Source: Octopus bimaculoides (lineage: Eukaryota). Taken from it: a stretch of DNA of 64,000 nucleotides. The stretch's first letter is position 1. Each line of letters starts with the position of its first letter. The notes beneath the pieces were generated by a model, which was given only the letters and a program-made list of their open reading frames with translations, searched no databases and was not told the origin of the DNA. The stretch covers positions 73,929,582 to 73,993,581 of the forward strand of contig NC_068988.1 in NCBI RefSeq assembly GCF_001194135.2, read 5' to 3'. The position numbers and the translations under genes were made by a program. Below are positions 48,501 through 58,675 of this stretch, piece after piece.

Positions 48501-51500
48501 TATTCACAAAAGCCATAACCTTTTGGCTTACCAGTTTCCCTGTCATAAACTAATCTGAAAATTAAGCAATTATAAAATCAAATCATGTAACTTATATTAA
48601 AAAAAAACAAAAAAAAACGTTTTTTTTTTTTAAATGATGCAAAGGCAGAATAAGACAGTAAAGATGAAGGCTAGTTCAATAATAGCTGCATTATTTTTTA
48701 ATTGCTAATCATTACAAAAAAAAAAGAAGAAAAAAACAGAAAAGAGTGAGAGGGAGAGAGAGGAAAGAGAAAAGAGGGAGAGAGAGAGAGAGAGAGAGAG
48801 ACAGAGAAAGTTAGAAAAGTTAAATAGAGTGAATAGATAAGATGCAAGGTAGCAGATAATAGGTAAATGATGTGTTAATAATTATGTTTTCAGAAATGAA
48901 ATCAATTCAAATTCAAAATATTTTAACAAAAATAGAGAAAACAAAATACTGAGATGGACCAAAACCCGAAGAATACTGTTCGGTGAGTAATTTCATAATA
49001 CAGTAATTCCTCATCATTTAGCAGTTTATTATTTAAGCTTACATCGATTCCTATGTGGTGTTGTTTTGCAATTATAATAAAATAAATATATACAAATTAT
49101 AAAAATAAAAAATAAAAAATATACAGTACAGTACTGTTTCTACTTCACAGACTTCCAAAACCTATCGCAAGGGGTTTTGGAACATAACACCTGCAATAGT
49201 TGAGGGATTACTGTATGTAAATTATTTCATAACTATCATATATACAGTAGTTTTAGCAATGTTTTAACATGCTTAAAATCATCAAATGTATTTTGCTATT
49301 ACATTGGTTTTGCTTTACTTTCACTAATAAAACATAAGTTGTTATATGTGTTTATAAAAGCAGATGTAAGAAACAGTTTAATATTGGATATAAATCCATA
49401 CTAGTACTAAATAAAAATACATTTCTTAGGATTTTAACCTAGAAACAACAGGTAAGTCTTTTACAGAATTAATATATATATTATATGGCTCCCGTAGGAT
49501 TTTCGAGTGAGATCGTTGCCAGTGCCCCTGGACTGGCTTGTGCGGGTGGCACATAAAAGACACTATTTCGAGCGTGGCCGTTTTCGTGCGGGTGACACGT
49601 AAAAGCACCCACTACACTCTCTGAGTGGTTGGCGTTAGGAAGGGCATCCAGCTGTAGAAACTCTGCCAAATTAGATTGGAGCCTGGTGTTGCCATCCGGT
49701 TTCACCAGTCCTCAGTCAAATCGTCCAAGCCATGCTAGCATGGAAAGCGGACGTTAAACGATGATGATGATGATTCTACATAATATATATGTTGCAGAAA
49801 GCTAAAAAATATATTCTTAGATAGAATTAATAAATTAATTATGTTAGCCAGTGTCTGAAAGAATTGACTGTACTGGTATGGACACCTGATACACACAAAG
49901 TGCTGGATGAAAAATAGTTGTTATTGATATTGGAAAATATCTGTAGCAAGTAGGAGTCGTAATAAAGGTGTCACTAATAAGATAACAATGTATCAAATCA
50001 TGGCAATAGACAATATACTATCCATGTTAGCATGAACAAACAGACATTAAAATGATGCTGAAAATATGTCCTATTATGTATTATGACATCTTTTAGATAT
50101 TAAACTTTCTAAATTTACATCACAAAACTATTCAATTGTATATGTAACTGCACTGAAACAGATAAGATCCGAGTTAATAACTATTCTTTATGTTCTTTCT
50201 ATGGTTACTGCTTACAAATTTTTTTTTTTTAAGAGAAAGGGCAAAATTATAAAATTAATTGATGTGTGCAATGCTTACATCCACAATGCTCATAACACTT
50301 ATATTTACAACACCCCAAACACTTTCATATACAATGCTTCCTTACTCCCATACCCCAGTAGAGGCAACAACCTTAACAATTCTAACATGTTTGAATGATG
50401 GTAGGTTAAAAGCAATAACAACTATTATGACATCTGTTACCAAACGATCACGGGAACCTTCTTTTCAAGTGCTGAATAACATCTCTCCTTCCTGTGTTAC
50501 CTCCCATCTCCTTCCCAGTTTTCAGAGTTGGCATTGTAAATGTAGGCACATTGAAAGGTAGGTCTAGCGAGACTGTAGAGATGCTTGAATGGAGATGTGT
50601 TGATGTATGTTGCATACAAGAGGCAAGGTGGAGAGGAGCTTCAGCCAGAGTCCTCACAGGCAAAGCACAGGTATAAACTCTTCTGGGAAGGTAATAGTGA
50701 TGGAATAGGGGGTGTGGGCATACTTCTTGCAGAGAAATGGGTGTATAAGGTCATAGAGGTAGTGAGGGTGTGTGATAGAGTACTTAAACTCACGTTAGTC
50801 TTGCAGAATGGTATAGCTACAATTATCTCTGCTTACACCCAACAAGCGGGCTACCCAATTGAACAGAAGGATCACTTTTATGATATTCACAAACAAGCAC
50901 CATCTGAACATGACCAATGCCAGTGCCTCCTACTGGCTCCAGTTCCAGTGGCATGGAAGAAGCACTATCCAAATGTAATCAATGCCAGGTCCGCCTGACT
51001 GGCTCCTGTGCTGGTGACACGTAAAAAGCACCCACTACACTCACAGAATGGCTAGTGTTAGGAAGGGCATCCAACTGTAAAAACATTGCCTGATCAGATG
51101 GGAGCATGGTGCAGCTGCTGGCTCTCCAGACTTCAGTCAAACTGTCCAACCCATGCCAGCATGGAAAATGGATGTTAAACGATGAAGATGATGACCAAAG
51201 AGAGCAGGATGAACTAAACAGTAAATTTCATCAATGCTAATACAGAAAAAATATCACTTGATGATACTTGAATAAACATTTAGCATTTCCAGATTAAACA
51301 TATCAGTAAACAAATTATGGAATTCTAGTCAACAGATATATGTTATGCTGTATATGCATATAAGAATCAAAGTATTCTGCTGATCAATAAATACATCAGG
51401 AAAAAAAAAAAAATCCCTTCTCTGATCATTCTTTAGGATATTATTTCCAAACATTTCTTCCCTTGAGGTGTTTAAAACTATAAATCAAGCACCAACTTTT

Positions 51501-51840
51501 ATTTTTGCAGATATTTTTTATATTTGAACTTCTATATATGATATGTATATTTGAACTTTTAGCATTCAAATACATACAAATAGATCTATCTAGTGAAGCT
51601 TAAAAAAATGAAAACAGAAAAAAAGATTATGAAACTAAAGAGAACGATCAGTTTGAACAAAATGGAGACTTCATGGCAATCACATTTTGTTGAAATAGCA
51701 CGCTAAAGGTAATATATATATGTGGGTCTTCATGTTTAGAGAATATATAGTGAGATTTTACCTAAAACTAACTACAGGACCAGCCTGAGCAAAGATCTCC
51801 TTGAGTTGTTCTTCAGTAGCTTCATAAGGAATGTTACCAA
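13084..51840 (-). CDS. CSTF2: Cleavage stimulation factor subunit 2 (CstF-64), 5'-incomplete; join of exons 51762-51840, 48350-48554, 46720-46827, 43842-43961, 42289-42378, 37555-37666, 36684-36821, 34674-34864, 31672-31761, 13084-13203
   Basis: The spliced translation reads [45 protein letters not shown] (RRM), then [56 protein letters not shown] (hinge), then [39 protein letters not shown] (C-terminal domain), matching the CstF-64/Rna15 family as recalled. All nine introns are GT-AG. Exon lengths 79+205+108+120+90+112+138+191+90+120 keep one open frame to TAA. Confidence 0.97.
13549..13822. repeat. 274-nt imperfect palindrome / fold-back element (arms 13549-13681 and 13688-13822, loop TGAATG)
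   Basis: The arms align by eye as reverse complements along their whole length, at roughly 80% identity with two small indels. Confidence 0.85.
13880..14640 (-). mobile_element. Penelope-like element 3' end (GIY-YIG endonuclease C-terminus plus pseudo-LTR); 5' part runs into a gap
   Basis: Minus translation [41 protein letters not shown].(fs)CNHRS matches the Penelope C..C / CxH tail; a hammerhead motif lies downstream. Confidence 0.8.
13910..13958 (-). ncRNA. Minimal type-I hammerhead ribozyme motif (Penelope type), variant core
   Basis: GUCU-CCGAUGA-A-GGGAAG(uacuggau)CUUCCC-A-GAAA-CAGCUG-UA-AGAC: 4-bp stem I, 6-bp stem II, palindromic ACAGCUGU stem III, GUA cleavage triplet. Deviations from consensus are U4C and an A.A pair at the base of stem II. 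Confidence 0.65.
14641..15391. other. Assembly gap (others: 14115-14124, 30075-30924, 35929-36194, 59696-60242)
   Basis: Runs of N; the poly-X ORFs in the track are artefacts of these gaps. Confidence 0.99.
15392..15666 (-). repeat. About 4.4 tandem copies of a ~62-bp unit derived from the RTE 3'UTR; continues into a gap
   Basis: Unit cagtccaggggcactggcaacgatc...catgtgtc...gcacatgagc; its reverse complement matches the gatcgttgccagtgcccctggactggc motif near 49510. Confidence 0.85.
16280..18090 (+). mobile_element. Hero/R2-superfamily non-LTR retrotransposon, decayed RT region
   Basis: [34 protein letters not shown]; [31 protein letters not shown]; [12 protein letters not shown]; IRAFMDD. 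Confidence 0.75.
18291..18520 (+). mobile_element. tRNA-derived SINE (second family)
   Basis: A-box-like tggcagaactgtt and B-box gagttcaaattc; family core and (att)n tail. Confidence 0.8.
18560..19195 (+). mobile_element. 5'-truncated Tx1/L1-like LINE 3' end
   Basis: Track ORF 18698..18919 ([15 protein letters not shown]...[14 protein letters not shown]) followed by a 3'UTR ending AATAAAAGAAAT. Confidence 0.75.
19205..19625 (-). mobile_element. Long SINE-like interspersed repeat (partial second copy at about 39975-40135)
   Basis: ctcaacacatggctatgatgctccc...cagagat..cac..attgtcagc..ctaag is shared with 39990-40065. Confidence 0.65.
20742..20968 (+). mobile_element. tRNA-derived SINE, third family (related copy about 44528-44700)
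   Basis: tRNA-like head tggtttagtgcttagggtgttgg...gatttcc; similar head at 44528. Confidence 0.6.
21029..21778 (-). mobile_element. RTE-BovB-like LINE 3' end with a 5' inversion
   Basis: 21029-21328 on minus encodes the ORF end ([18 protein letters not shown]...VCNVC..CLSRAGL) and tail. 21324-21781 on plus encodes the preceding RT C-terminus (track ORF 21316..21714). TSD atgtatacatg at 21018-21028 and 21779-21789. Confidence 0.85.
21830..22950 (-). mobile_element. Two adjacent (GAT)n-tailed interspersed repeats with pyrimidine-rich bodies (similar at 28917-29680 and 52290-52860)
   Basis: Shared tail ccatgc(y)agcatggaaa..gttaaa(c)gatgatg on minus, plus gtggcaccagcact and purine-rich tracts on plus; family not assigned. 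Confidence 0.6.
23670..23845. repeat. AT-rich low-complexity / (TA) microsatellite tract
   Basis: Almost only A and T. Other microsatellites: (TA)n near 13822, 28714 and 39482; (GA)n near 22114, 30016 and 48770. Confidence 0.85.
24413..24635 (+). repeat. Gypsy 5' LTR
   Basis: Starts TGTTGTGG, ends GGATATAAAA, followed by GTGGTGAC. Confidence 0.9.
25050..25150 (+). mobile_element. Short (GAT)n-tailed RTE-type 3' end inserted in the Gypsy gag (similar copy at 24290-24403)
   Basis: ccgtccaacccatgccagcatggaaaacggatgttaaacgatgatgatg interrupts the gag reading. Confidence 0.75.
28506..28717 (+). repeat. Gypsy 3' LTR
   Basis: Directly follows the PPT; aligns with the 5' LTR at roughly 85-90% by eye with one ~10-nt indel. 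Confidence 0.9.
29695..31309 (+). mobile_element. Helitron, internally deleted or gapped, ending in a 91-bp mini-Helitron module (31219-31309)
   Basis: 5' A|TCTATATATAAAAATGAG. After the gap, the PIF1 C-terminus [33 protein letters not shown]...RNIVYNEVL*. 3' hairpin cccgggcaacgccggg (31282-31297) followed by CTAA|T. Confidence 0.85.
31672..31761 (-). CDS. CSTF2: CSTF2 exon: [30 protein letters not shown]
   Basis: Acceptor tattacag and donor gtaagt; 90 nt; PQDEEK matches the conserved PQDxEK before the C-terminal domain. Confidence 0.93.
32434..33085 (+). mobile_element. Mariner transposon, 5' half, decayed
   Basis: TA followed by TIR-like tgaggtggtattagaaagtttcc; [16 protein letters not shown] (HTH region) and [15 protein letters not shown] (first catalytic Asp). 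Confidence 0.85.
34674..34864 (-). CDS. CSTF2: CSTF2 exon: Pro-rich, (D)[19 protein letters not shown]...[13 protein letters not shown]...AHQ
   Basis: Acceptor tatttag and donor gtataa; 191 nt (phase 1 to 0); RDPR/MEPR motifs resemble the CstF-64 central repeat region. Confidence 0.9.
35232..35345 (+). mobile_element. Terminal part of a MITE-like repeat; inverted homologue at about 41715-41828
   Basis: tatcaggcccaaatattctacctgttttatgttcaaa...gcctctcacacct is the reverse complement of 41738-41805 with scattered mismatches. Confidence 0.65.
35355..36476 (+). mobile_element. RTE-clade LINE 3' end (RT C-terminus, long 3'UTR and (GAT)n tail), with a gap
   Basis: [30 protein letters not shown]...[17 protein letters not shown]...[17 protein letters not shown]; the tail is shared with 49510-49773. 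Confidence 0.88.
36684..36821 (-). CDS. CSTF2: CSTF2 exon: (A)[20 protein letters not shown]...SNIAPL
   Basis: Acceptor tcttccag and donor gtatgt; 138 nt, phase 1/1; within track ORF 36628..36885. Confidence 0.87.
37555..37666 (-). CDS. CSTF2: CSTF2 exon: Pro/Gly/Ala-rich linker, [16 protein letters not shown]...LIPNSQA
   Basis: Acceptor ttactag and donor gtacaa; 112 nt (phase 0 to 1); GC-richer island in an AT-rich intron whose phase fits both neighbours. Confidence 0.82.
39310..39390. repeat. 16-bp minisatellite (gtgtgcaagctcgtat)n, about 5 degenerating copies
   Basis: Two perfect and three degenerate units read directly. Confidence 0.8.
40340..40610 (-). pseudogene. DNA-transposase C-terminal remnant (superfamily not assigned)
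   Basis: [23 protein letters not shown] resembles the widespread HLDxFxENxGxxSxExGERFHQDI transposase tail. Confidence 0.6.
42289..42378 (-). CDS. CSTF2: CSTF2 exon: [30 protein letters not shown]
   Basis: Acceptor ttctacag and donor gtaagt; 90 nt; LHR aligns with the end of the CstF-64 hinge. Confidence 0.9.
43842..43961 (-). CDS. CSTF2: CSTF2 exon: hinge part 2, [40 protein letters not shown]
   Basis: Acceptor ttcctttag and weak donor gtttgt; 120 nt; overlaps track ORF 43704..43925. Confidence 0.95.
46720..46827 (-). CDS. CSTF2: CSTF2 exon: hinge part 1, [36 protein letters not shown]
   Basis: Acceptor tttgcag and donor gtgagt; 108 nt, phase 0/0. Confidence 0.97.
48350..48554 (-). CDS. 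CSTF2: CSTF2 exon: RRM C-half with RNP1 KGYGFCEY, ending ...AIGGPPVE
   Basis: Acceptor ttttcag and donor gtgagt; 205 nt; overlaps track ORF 48263..48472. Confidence 0.97.
49001..49213. mobile_element. Tigger/pogo-like MITE
   Basis: TA TSDs at 48999-49000 and 49214-49215; TIRs cagtaattcctca / tgagggattactg. Confidence 0.7.
49490..49773 (+). mobile_element. 5'-truncated RTE 3'UTR copy with (GAT)n tail
   Basis: Close match to 36195-36476. Confidence 0.85.
50490..51194 (+). mobile_element. Internally deleted RTE LINE (APE N-terminus fused to the 3'UTR and tail)
   Basis: [58 protein letters not shown] (APE) jumps near 50890-50915 to the 3'UTR repeats and the gatgaagatgatga tail. Confidence 0.8.
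51762..51840 (-). CDS. CSTF2: CSTF2 exon: RRM N-half with RNP2, (V)[25 protein letters not shown](R)
   Basis: Acceptor ttttcag and donor gtaaaa; 79 nt, entering in phase 1 and leaving in phase 2. Confidence 0.96.
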
Positions 51841-53499
51841 CTGAAAAGAAAGGAGAACCAAATCATTATTTGCATAAGTTTTTGACATTTGTTTTAAAAA
51901 GAGGGTAGAAAAAAATCAATATATGAAGTTGTGTTTAGATACATGAATATTTACTAGTTTAATTAAAGTAATATTAAACAAGCACACCCACAATACTAGG
52001 GACTCATCAAAATCAGTTATCAGAGACATTATGATCAATACGAATAAAGATCACCTGATCTATAGCACATGTAATTGTTTCAGAAGCCATATTGAGGTTG
52101 TAATTGAGACTGATGGTGGTAATATTGAAAGATACATAGAGATAGAGAAAGAAGGAAAGAAAATGGAAAAGGAAGTTGAGGAAGATGAAACGCTGCTGAA
52201 TATTGAGACAGATATATAATCATACATGTGTAGATATTGTGGATTATTATGTTAATCAGAAAACTGTTAATGGTTTAGACACACACCACCACCACCACCT
52301 CCTCCTTGCTGGCATGGGATGGACACTTTGACAGGTTTTGACATTTTGACATGCCCAAGGACTGCGTCATGTTCTAATAACTGCTTTGGTATGTCTCAAA
52401 ACCAACCACTTTACTGCTTGTATTGGGTACTCCTTTTTCATGAAACCAACACTAGCAAGGCTGCCATGCAGTTTGCAAGACTAAGATTCTTTCAACTGAA
52501 TAGGGTGATGGCTATATGCTAGATGAGGAGGTTAACGTATAAGGAACCAGAACAAGACAGGTTTATTGCTGTAGAGGAGCTACATACCTACTCGCATTAC
52601 AGAAGAGAGTGTGAGAGTGTCTGGGGTGGAGGTGAAAAAGATAAAATAGTGGTGATGAGGTGTCAGGGTGGACCTTCAAAATATAAGATGAGCAGAAATC
52701 ATGGGGAACAGAACAGGGATGTGAGTGTGTAAAGGTTGCAAGAGTGTATAGGAGAGTGAGATGGTTAGAGGTGGGGAATGGGTAAAAGAGTAAATATGAT
52801 GAAGGATATATAACAAGTGAAATTGTTCCAGGTAGCAAGAAGAATAAGTAGTATCAGAGAAAAACTGAAAAATGCAGTTCTGCTTACATTTAACTACAAC
52901 AGCAGAATACTGCAGTTAGAGAGATAATGGGTGATGGAGATGTTTTGAGGAAGAAATTGAGCAGGAAGGCCCTGCTGTGCATATATATGCTTCCAGAATC
53001 TCAGTTTCATCAAGTTGAAACTATACATATTCTGAAAGTACACCTGATGGTGAGAGTATAAATATAGAAATACAACATTTAAACTACCCTGAAAATTACT
53101 TAAAATGGAAATTCCCATTTTTGAGAGCAGTTCAGAGCTTTGGAAATCCATGTGTGACAATGAGAAGAACTTTCAAAATTGAAAATCCTTGGACATTGAT
53201 GACTTGACTATACAAAAACAACAAAGTGATTGACAAATAGAGCCTCACACTTTTTTAATACCTTTATAGATTCAGGAGATTGAAAAGAAGAAAAATTCTA
53301 CTAGTCCCATATCGATAATTGAAGGGGACAGTTATAAAAGGTTTCTTAGACTGTAATTTCTTTCTAAAAATTAACAAGACAAATTAACAAATTAAAAGTC
53401 AAAAATAACATGTAACAGTGAAAATCAAAATAAATCAAAAGCTATTTGCAAGCCTAACACATATAACATCAAACTTTGTACATGTCTAATATCATTGCA

Positions 53500-56400
53500 T
53501 GAAAAATGACAGAAACAACTGCTAGTGCTTCCAGAGGAAGAGGGATCAACTTTTACAATTATGTCTTCTGTTGGAATCCAACGGGTATTATCATTTCTTA
53601 ACAAGAAAAACTGACTGGCAGGGCCTTTGGGATAAAAAAAAATTTACATTAACATCAGAATGTTCAGCTGAAACATTATTTGCCACTCCAATGTATCAAT
53701 CATTATCATACCAACATGAATGGTATGACCCCAGTGGGTTATCTTCAACCGAAACAGAATTTACATCATCTTTCAGTAGCAGTTTTGATGAATGATTTTC
53801 AGATTCAAAGGTCATGGACAAGTCATTATCACATGGAATAAATCCATGGATTTTGCATGTGCTTTGAATGAGGCATGGGTAAAATGACTTGGACTCGATA
53901 CTGAAAGTAGTTACACCAATGATCTCTTTTTTGACAAATTCAAACAACTGCTTTGGGGTTAAGATCTGCTCTGAGACTGGTTTCTTCAGACTTGCTCATG
54001 CTGCTAGTCTCACCAACACCATCACAAGCATTTTTACCATGAAATGTGACAAAGAAGAGCCATTCTGCTTTTAACTGAAAATCCTGCTCATGGAGAATCA
54101 AATTAGAAAAGTTCTTGAGTTTTTTTTATACTGCACTGATAGCCCATCACAGAATTTAAATAATCTTCTCTATTTCAAGACAGTTGGGTTTCAGTAATTC
54201 ATCAATCAACTTCTAAAATGGTTTCTCCTTCCTTCAAATATGCTTTTCTCTGTTTGAAGTACTCTATTTCTTGGCTACACAATGATACCCAGTTAACTGA
54301 AGAAACATAATGCTAAGAGTGTCAATGAAACTTTTAAATTCTTATTTTTACATTAGCTGACTTCTATCTGTACTGACCCACTGTTTGTATTTGATTATGG
54401 AATTGGTGGTGTAACACAATTGTAAATGTTCAGTTATAAATTCGTTTAAAACTAATAAATCTAGGCAATTATCACAATTATGAAATACAATTTTCTTTCA
54501 AGAAATCACATAATGCCAACTTTGTGATTTCCTTATAGTCAAGGGAATGATTAATGACTGATAACAATAGTTTAAAGTTTTGGTGGTATGTACACACACA
54601 TATGTTTTGAGACCCAGATGAACCTACTGGGATGCACCATGCTGGCTTTTGTAGAGCAAATTTTAGAAAACCAACCAGGCTTGAAAAATACATAAATTTC
54701 TTGTTTCCCAGCAAGTCTTTCTCATATTTTTCCTTTTGTAGAATCAGATCTTTAAATGGTTGCACAGTTTTTTTTCTACCAGGACACATCCTGTTTATTT
54801 CATCACCTTCATAGAAGCTTTCCATCAGTTTTACTGTTTCATTACAAATCCCAATTCTACAATATTTATCTGAAACTGATAGACTGCCTTTTTCTTGCTT
54901 CAACTTCCTTGCTTGTCCAGAAAGTTCTGGGTGTTTTTTTTATATATAAAAAAGGGATATAAATAATTGACTTTTCAATAAATTTTATACAATGAAATAA
55001 TTTCCATTATTATTAATGACCTTTACCCATCTAAATATTCCATCAGCATAAAATTTGTCTGGTTTTGAAGAAAAAGTGTTATGTAGATGCATTATGACTC
55101 CATCTAAATTGTTAAATGTTTTTCCTTGCAATGAATGGGTTCCGTAGAGACAAAGACAAGTGGTAGTTGGATGGCGCAATATCAAGAGAATATGGTGGAT
55201 GGAGTAAGAGATTCCAGTCAAGTTCATGTAACTTTGTTTGGGTAGCCAAAGACACATGTGGTCAGGCATTGTCTTGTTGGAACACATATCCCGTTCCTGT
55301 TGGTATCTCCTGCCTCAATTCTTTGATTTTTGGGTTCAAATTAGCCAGCTGACAAGAGTACACATCAGAATTAATGATCTGGTTTTGTGGGAGAAGCTCA
55401 TAATAAATAATGTTTTTATGATCCCACCAAACACAAAGCATAGCTTTTTAAGCATGGATTTTTGTCTTTGGTTGCTGTTTAGAGGGATCCTTACGCAAAC
55501 TCTTGGATCTTTTTCGCACTACGTTTTCATACACAATCCATTTTTCCTCTCCAGCCACAAGTTGTTTCACAAAAGGCAGGCTTTCAGTCCATTTCAAAAG
55601 TGTATTACAAATGGAATACTGGTTCAAGCAATTCTTTTCTGAGAGTTTGTGAGGAACCCATACATTATAGCGAGAAATGTATCCAAGCTTCACTAGGTGT
55701 TCATGAATCATACTTTTAGAAACTTCCAACTCCGCTGCAAGTTCCCTAGTCATGATATTTGAGTTTTCTTCGATTTTTGCCTTCAAAACATCTTCATCCA
55801 ATTTTGAAGGTCTTCCACTGTGACTGTCATCTTCCAAGCTAAACTCTCTAGCTTTAAATTTTGCAAACCACTTTCGAATAGTTGATTCACCTACAGCATC
55901 ATCACCATAAACTTCACAAATGGTTTTGCAAGTCTTTGCAGTACTTTATTTTCTCCTTTTCTTAAAAATGAAAAGCATTACAATGCAAATATTAAATTTT
56001 TGGTTATCCATTTCAAATGTCAATAAAGGGTAACCGGAATGAAAGATAAATCTATTTTTAGGAACAAAGAAGAGATGCACTACCACTTCAGGCAATGCCA
56101 AAGTTTTAACAGTGTTACATTTCAGATGTTAAAAGATTTAGCTTAAAAACACTTGGAACTTTTTGGACAGTCCAATATTTTGGTAACATTGAAGTAGTGT
56201 GCAGTATGCTGAATCGACCAATTACATGGCACTAAAACGAGCATTTGAACTTGTTTGTCATTAAGAACCATTTTTCTCCTTGATCAACCTCATCAATCTG
56301 TCACAATTATCACATTCTTTATCAGTTGACTTAGCAAAAGCTGTCTTATTAAGTGCAACTGCAACAGCCTGACTGTACTTGGTTGTCACATCATTAATCT

Positions 56401-57000
56401 TATGCTTTCCAACAGTTGTTGTATTGTTAGTTCTAACTGCTGTGATTGGTGAACAGTCAAAAAGTTAAAGAGACTTGTTTATCGTATTAGTAGCTGATTC
56501 AGCAGAAGGCTTGTCAAGTATAGTTTCTTGGTCACTTTCAGCAGTTTTATTGCTCATTTCATCAGTTTCATTGCTAATTGTAAAAAAGTTTCTTTAATTT
56601 CTATACAACTTCTGTCTTGGTAAAATCTCATGGTTTTGCAGTAATAGCTGTCTGTACTCCTCTAATGTCACCTCAAGTAAATTTGTCTTAATTTTTACCT
56701 TGTGAATTTTCAGTGGATTAACACATTTTCTCATATGGTCTGAATATTCATCAACAAATTGAGTCATGGTTAATGCAAACATCAACAAGGTCATCAAGTT
56801 TCTCAATTTTGATATTTAGAATTTGATTTCCTAAATCGGAATATCATCAATAGTTTTCAAGAATTTTATGTGGCTTCTTGCATGGCAACTTGACCTCATA
56901 ACCTTTCCTATTGAGCAACTATAACTTGCCATTTTACTCTGAAGATCATAAATATTAACACAACTGGTAATCACAAAAGCTACAACAAACTAACAAGTGA
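53500..57000 (-). mobile_element. Decayed Sola-like DNA transposon, interrupted by a mariner
   Basis: KCVNPLKIHK..LPRQKL (N-terminal Zn region); NRMCPGRKK..VGFLKFALQKPAWC..GSQNICVCTYHQNFKL; FHGKNACDGVG; LFEFVKKEI. The superfamily is assigned from recalled motifs and is tentative. Confidence 0.55.
54914..56177 (-). mobile_element. Mariner transposon: near full length, decayed
   Basis: TIRs tattggactgtccaaaaagttccaagtgtttt (56177 side) and tgtccagaaagttctgggtgtttt (54914 side, outer ~8 nt lost). WVPHKL, EDDSHSGRP and frameshifted YSLDIAPSNYHL motifs. Confidence 0.88.
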
Positions 57001-57584
57001 CTGTGATTGTAACAGGTTCTATATGTGTTTGGTACTACAGAAAATGCAATGTCTTCACTTATCATATCAATATAATGATCAACTCTTCTAAAAACTGAAA
57101 TGCAATGGTATTCTTCCAAACGAGCATTCATTTAAATAAGTCAGCATGCTGCTCTCTTGGTTAGAAAAGTTGAAAAGGTGGACAGTTAAAAAAGTTTCAA
57201 AAAGTGTTTCACCCACAAAGAGTTCATAAGATGAGATACTAGATATTAGGCTAGCAAATAGTTTTTTTATTTATTTTGTCTTCCACTGTTTCATGTTATT
57301 CACTTTTTACTAGTTTTATTAATTTTTCTTCAGCTCTGGATGGAAAATGCGATCTGCAAAAACTTTTATGATTATCCCATCAACTATCAATATGGGACTA
57401 GTAGAATTTTTCTTCTTTTTGACTCGCTGAACCTATAAACATATTACAAAAGTATGGGGCTCCAGCATGGAAAACAGACATTAAACGAAAATGATGTTGA
57501 TGGGAATGGTTACAAGGAAAAATATATTTAGTGAGCTAGAAAAGGGCATTCAGTATGCAAGACTGAATTGGATAAACTCATGCC

Positions 57585-57950
57585 AGTGGCATCATATGGT
57601 GCACCTGCAATGTGCTCTGAGAAAAGTGGGTTTAGTAGACCTTTTTAAAGAAAACCTGAACAGTGTTGGTGTGCTCATCTTTGTAATCTATTGCATTCTG
57701 CATCAAGAGACACAGTGAGGGAAAAGACAGTGGAGGAAAACATTGTAGATGTGGTTGTGAAAACCATACATTTTATACAGGGAAGAGCTCTCAACTACAA
57801 TAGTTCAATTTCTTTCTTATATCCATCACGGACAGTGAATATGGAGTGCTTCTGTATCATTCTGAAGTGAGGTACTTCAGTTAGGGTGGGGGTGGGGTTG
57901 AAGGGTTTTTCCTTCCTGTTTTGAGAGAAGTTGGATTGTTCTTGGCAACA
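57585..57950 (+). pseudogene. hAT (SPIN/Charlie-like) transposase remnant
   Basis: GAPAMC..CILHQE..VDVVVKTIHFIQGRALN..SEYGVLLYHSEVR resembles the DGAPAM..HCIIHQ..YHTEVRW motifs. Confidence 0.7.
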
Positions 57951-57954
57951 AAAG

Positions 57955-58675
57955 TGTTATAGTGAGAATCATGACACTCTCTGTGAGAATGGAGTAGCTG
58001 AACTTGTATAAGTAGAAGTGTGTTTGTCTGAGAGCAAGAGACGAGAAATTGCAGGAAATCGAAAGGTGTAATTCATGGAAATTGTTGAGAAGTTGTTATA
58101 GTTCGTTGAGAGTTGTTTTGGATTGGTTAGTTGTTGGCAGAGTATTTGGGAATACATCAAGTGGAGACAGTTGCTGTCTACTCCGTTTTGTGGTCCTATA
58201 TATCAGACTGTATAAGTGCATGACACTAAGGTGACATATACAGAAATCACGTTATAAAAGTGGCAAAGAGTGATTCAAAGCTTACACTGGTCATTAACAA
58301 TTTTTTAGGATACAAAAAAATTCATCAATTATGGAAGACCTATTAGCTAACATATTACAGTTGCAAAAGCAACAGAAGATGCATTAACAACTACAACACA
58401 ATCAGTTGCTGGAACTGATGTTGAAGTCAGGAAACACCACAAGTTCATTTTTGCCAGATGGCGTAGCGAATGCTATAACTAAATTTAGCTATCACCCAGA
58501 AGAAGGTATAACTTTTTCAGCGTACTTCAGAAGATATGAAGAAACTTTCAAGGAAGAATGCAAGTGTTGGACAGACAATGAAAAAGTGAGACTACTGTTA
58601 TGGAAACTAGGTCCTTCAGAACATAAAAATACTGCAATTTTATCTTGCCTAAAAAAACAAGTGAAATTTGTTTCA
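57955..58675 (+). mobile_element. Second Gypsy element: 5' LTR (57955-58259), PBS and start of gag; truncated
   Basis: TGTTATAG...TTATAAAA followed by GTGGC. The gag MEDLLANILQLQ...FLPDGVANAITKFSYHPEEGITFSAYFRRYEETFKEEC is homologous to the gag at 24720-25050. Confidence 0.8.

Noticed and set aside
55420-55440. GTGTTTG|GT match for the missing CSTF2 first-exon end
   Set aside because: It lies inside the mariner coding region, and the upstream codons do not give RSVF.
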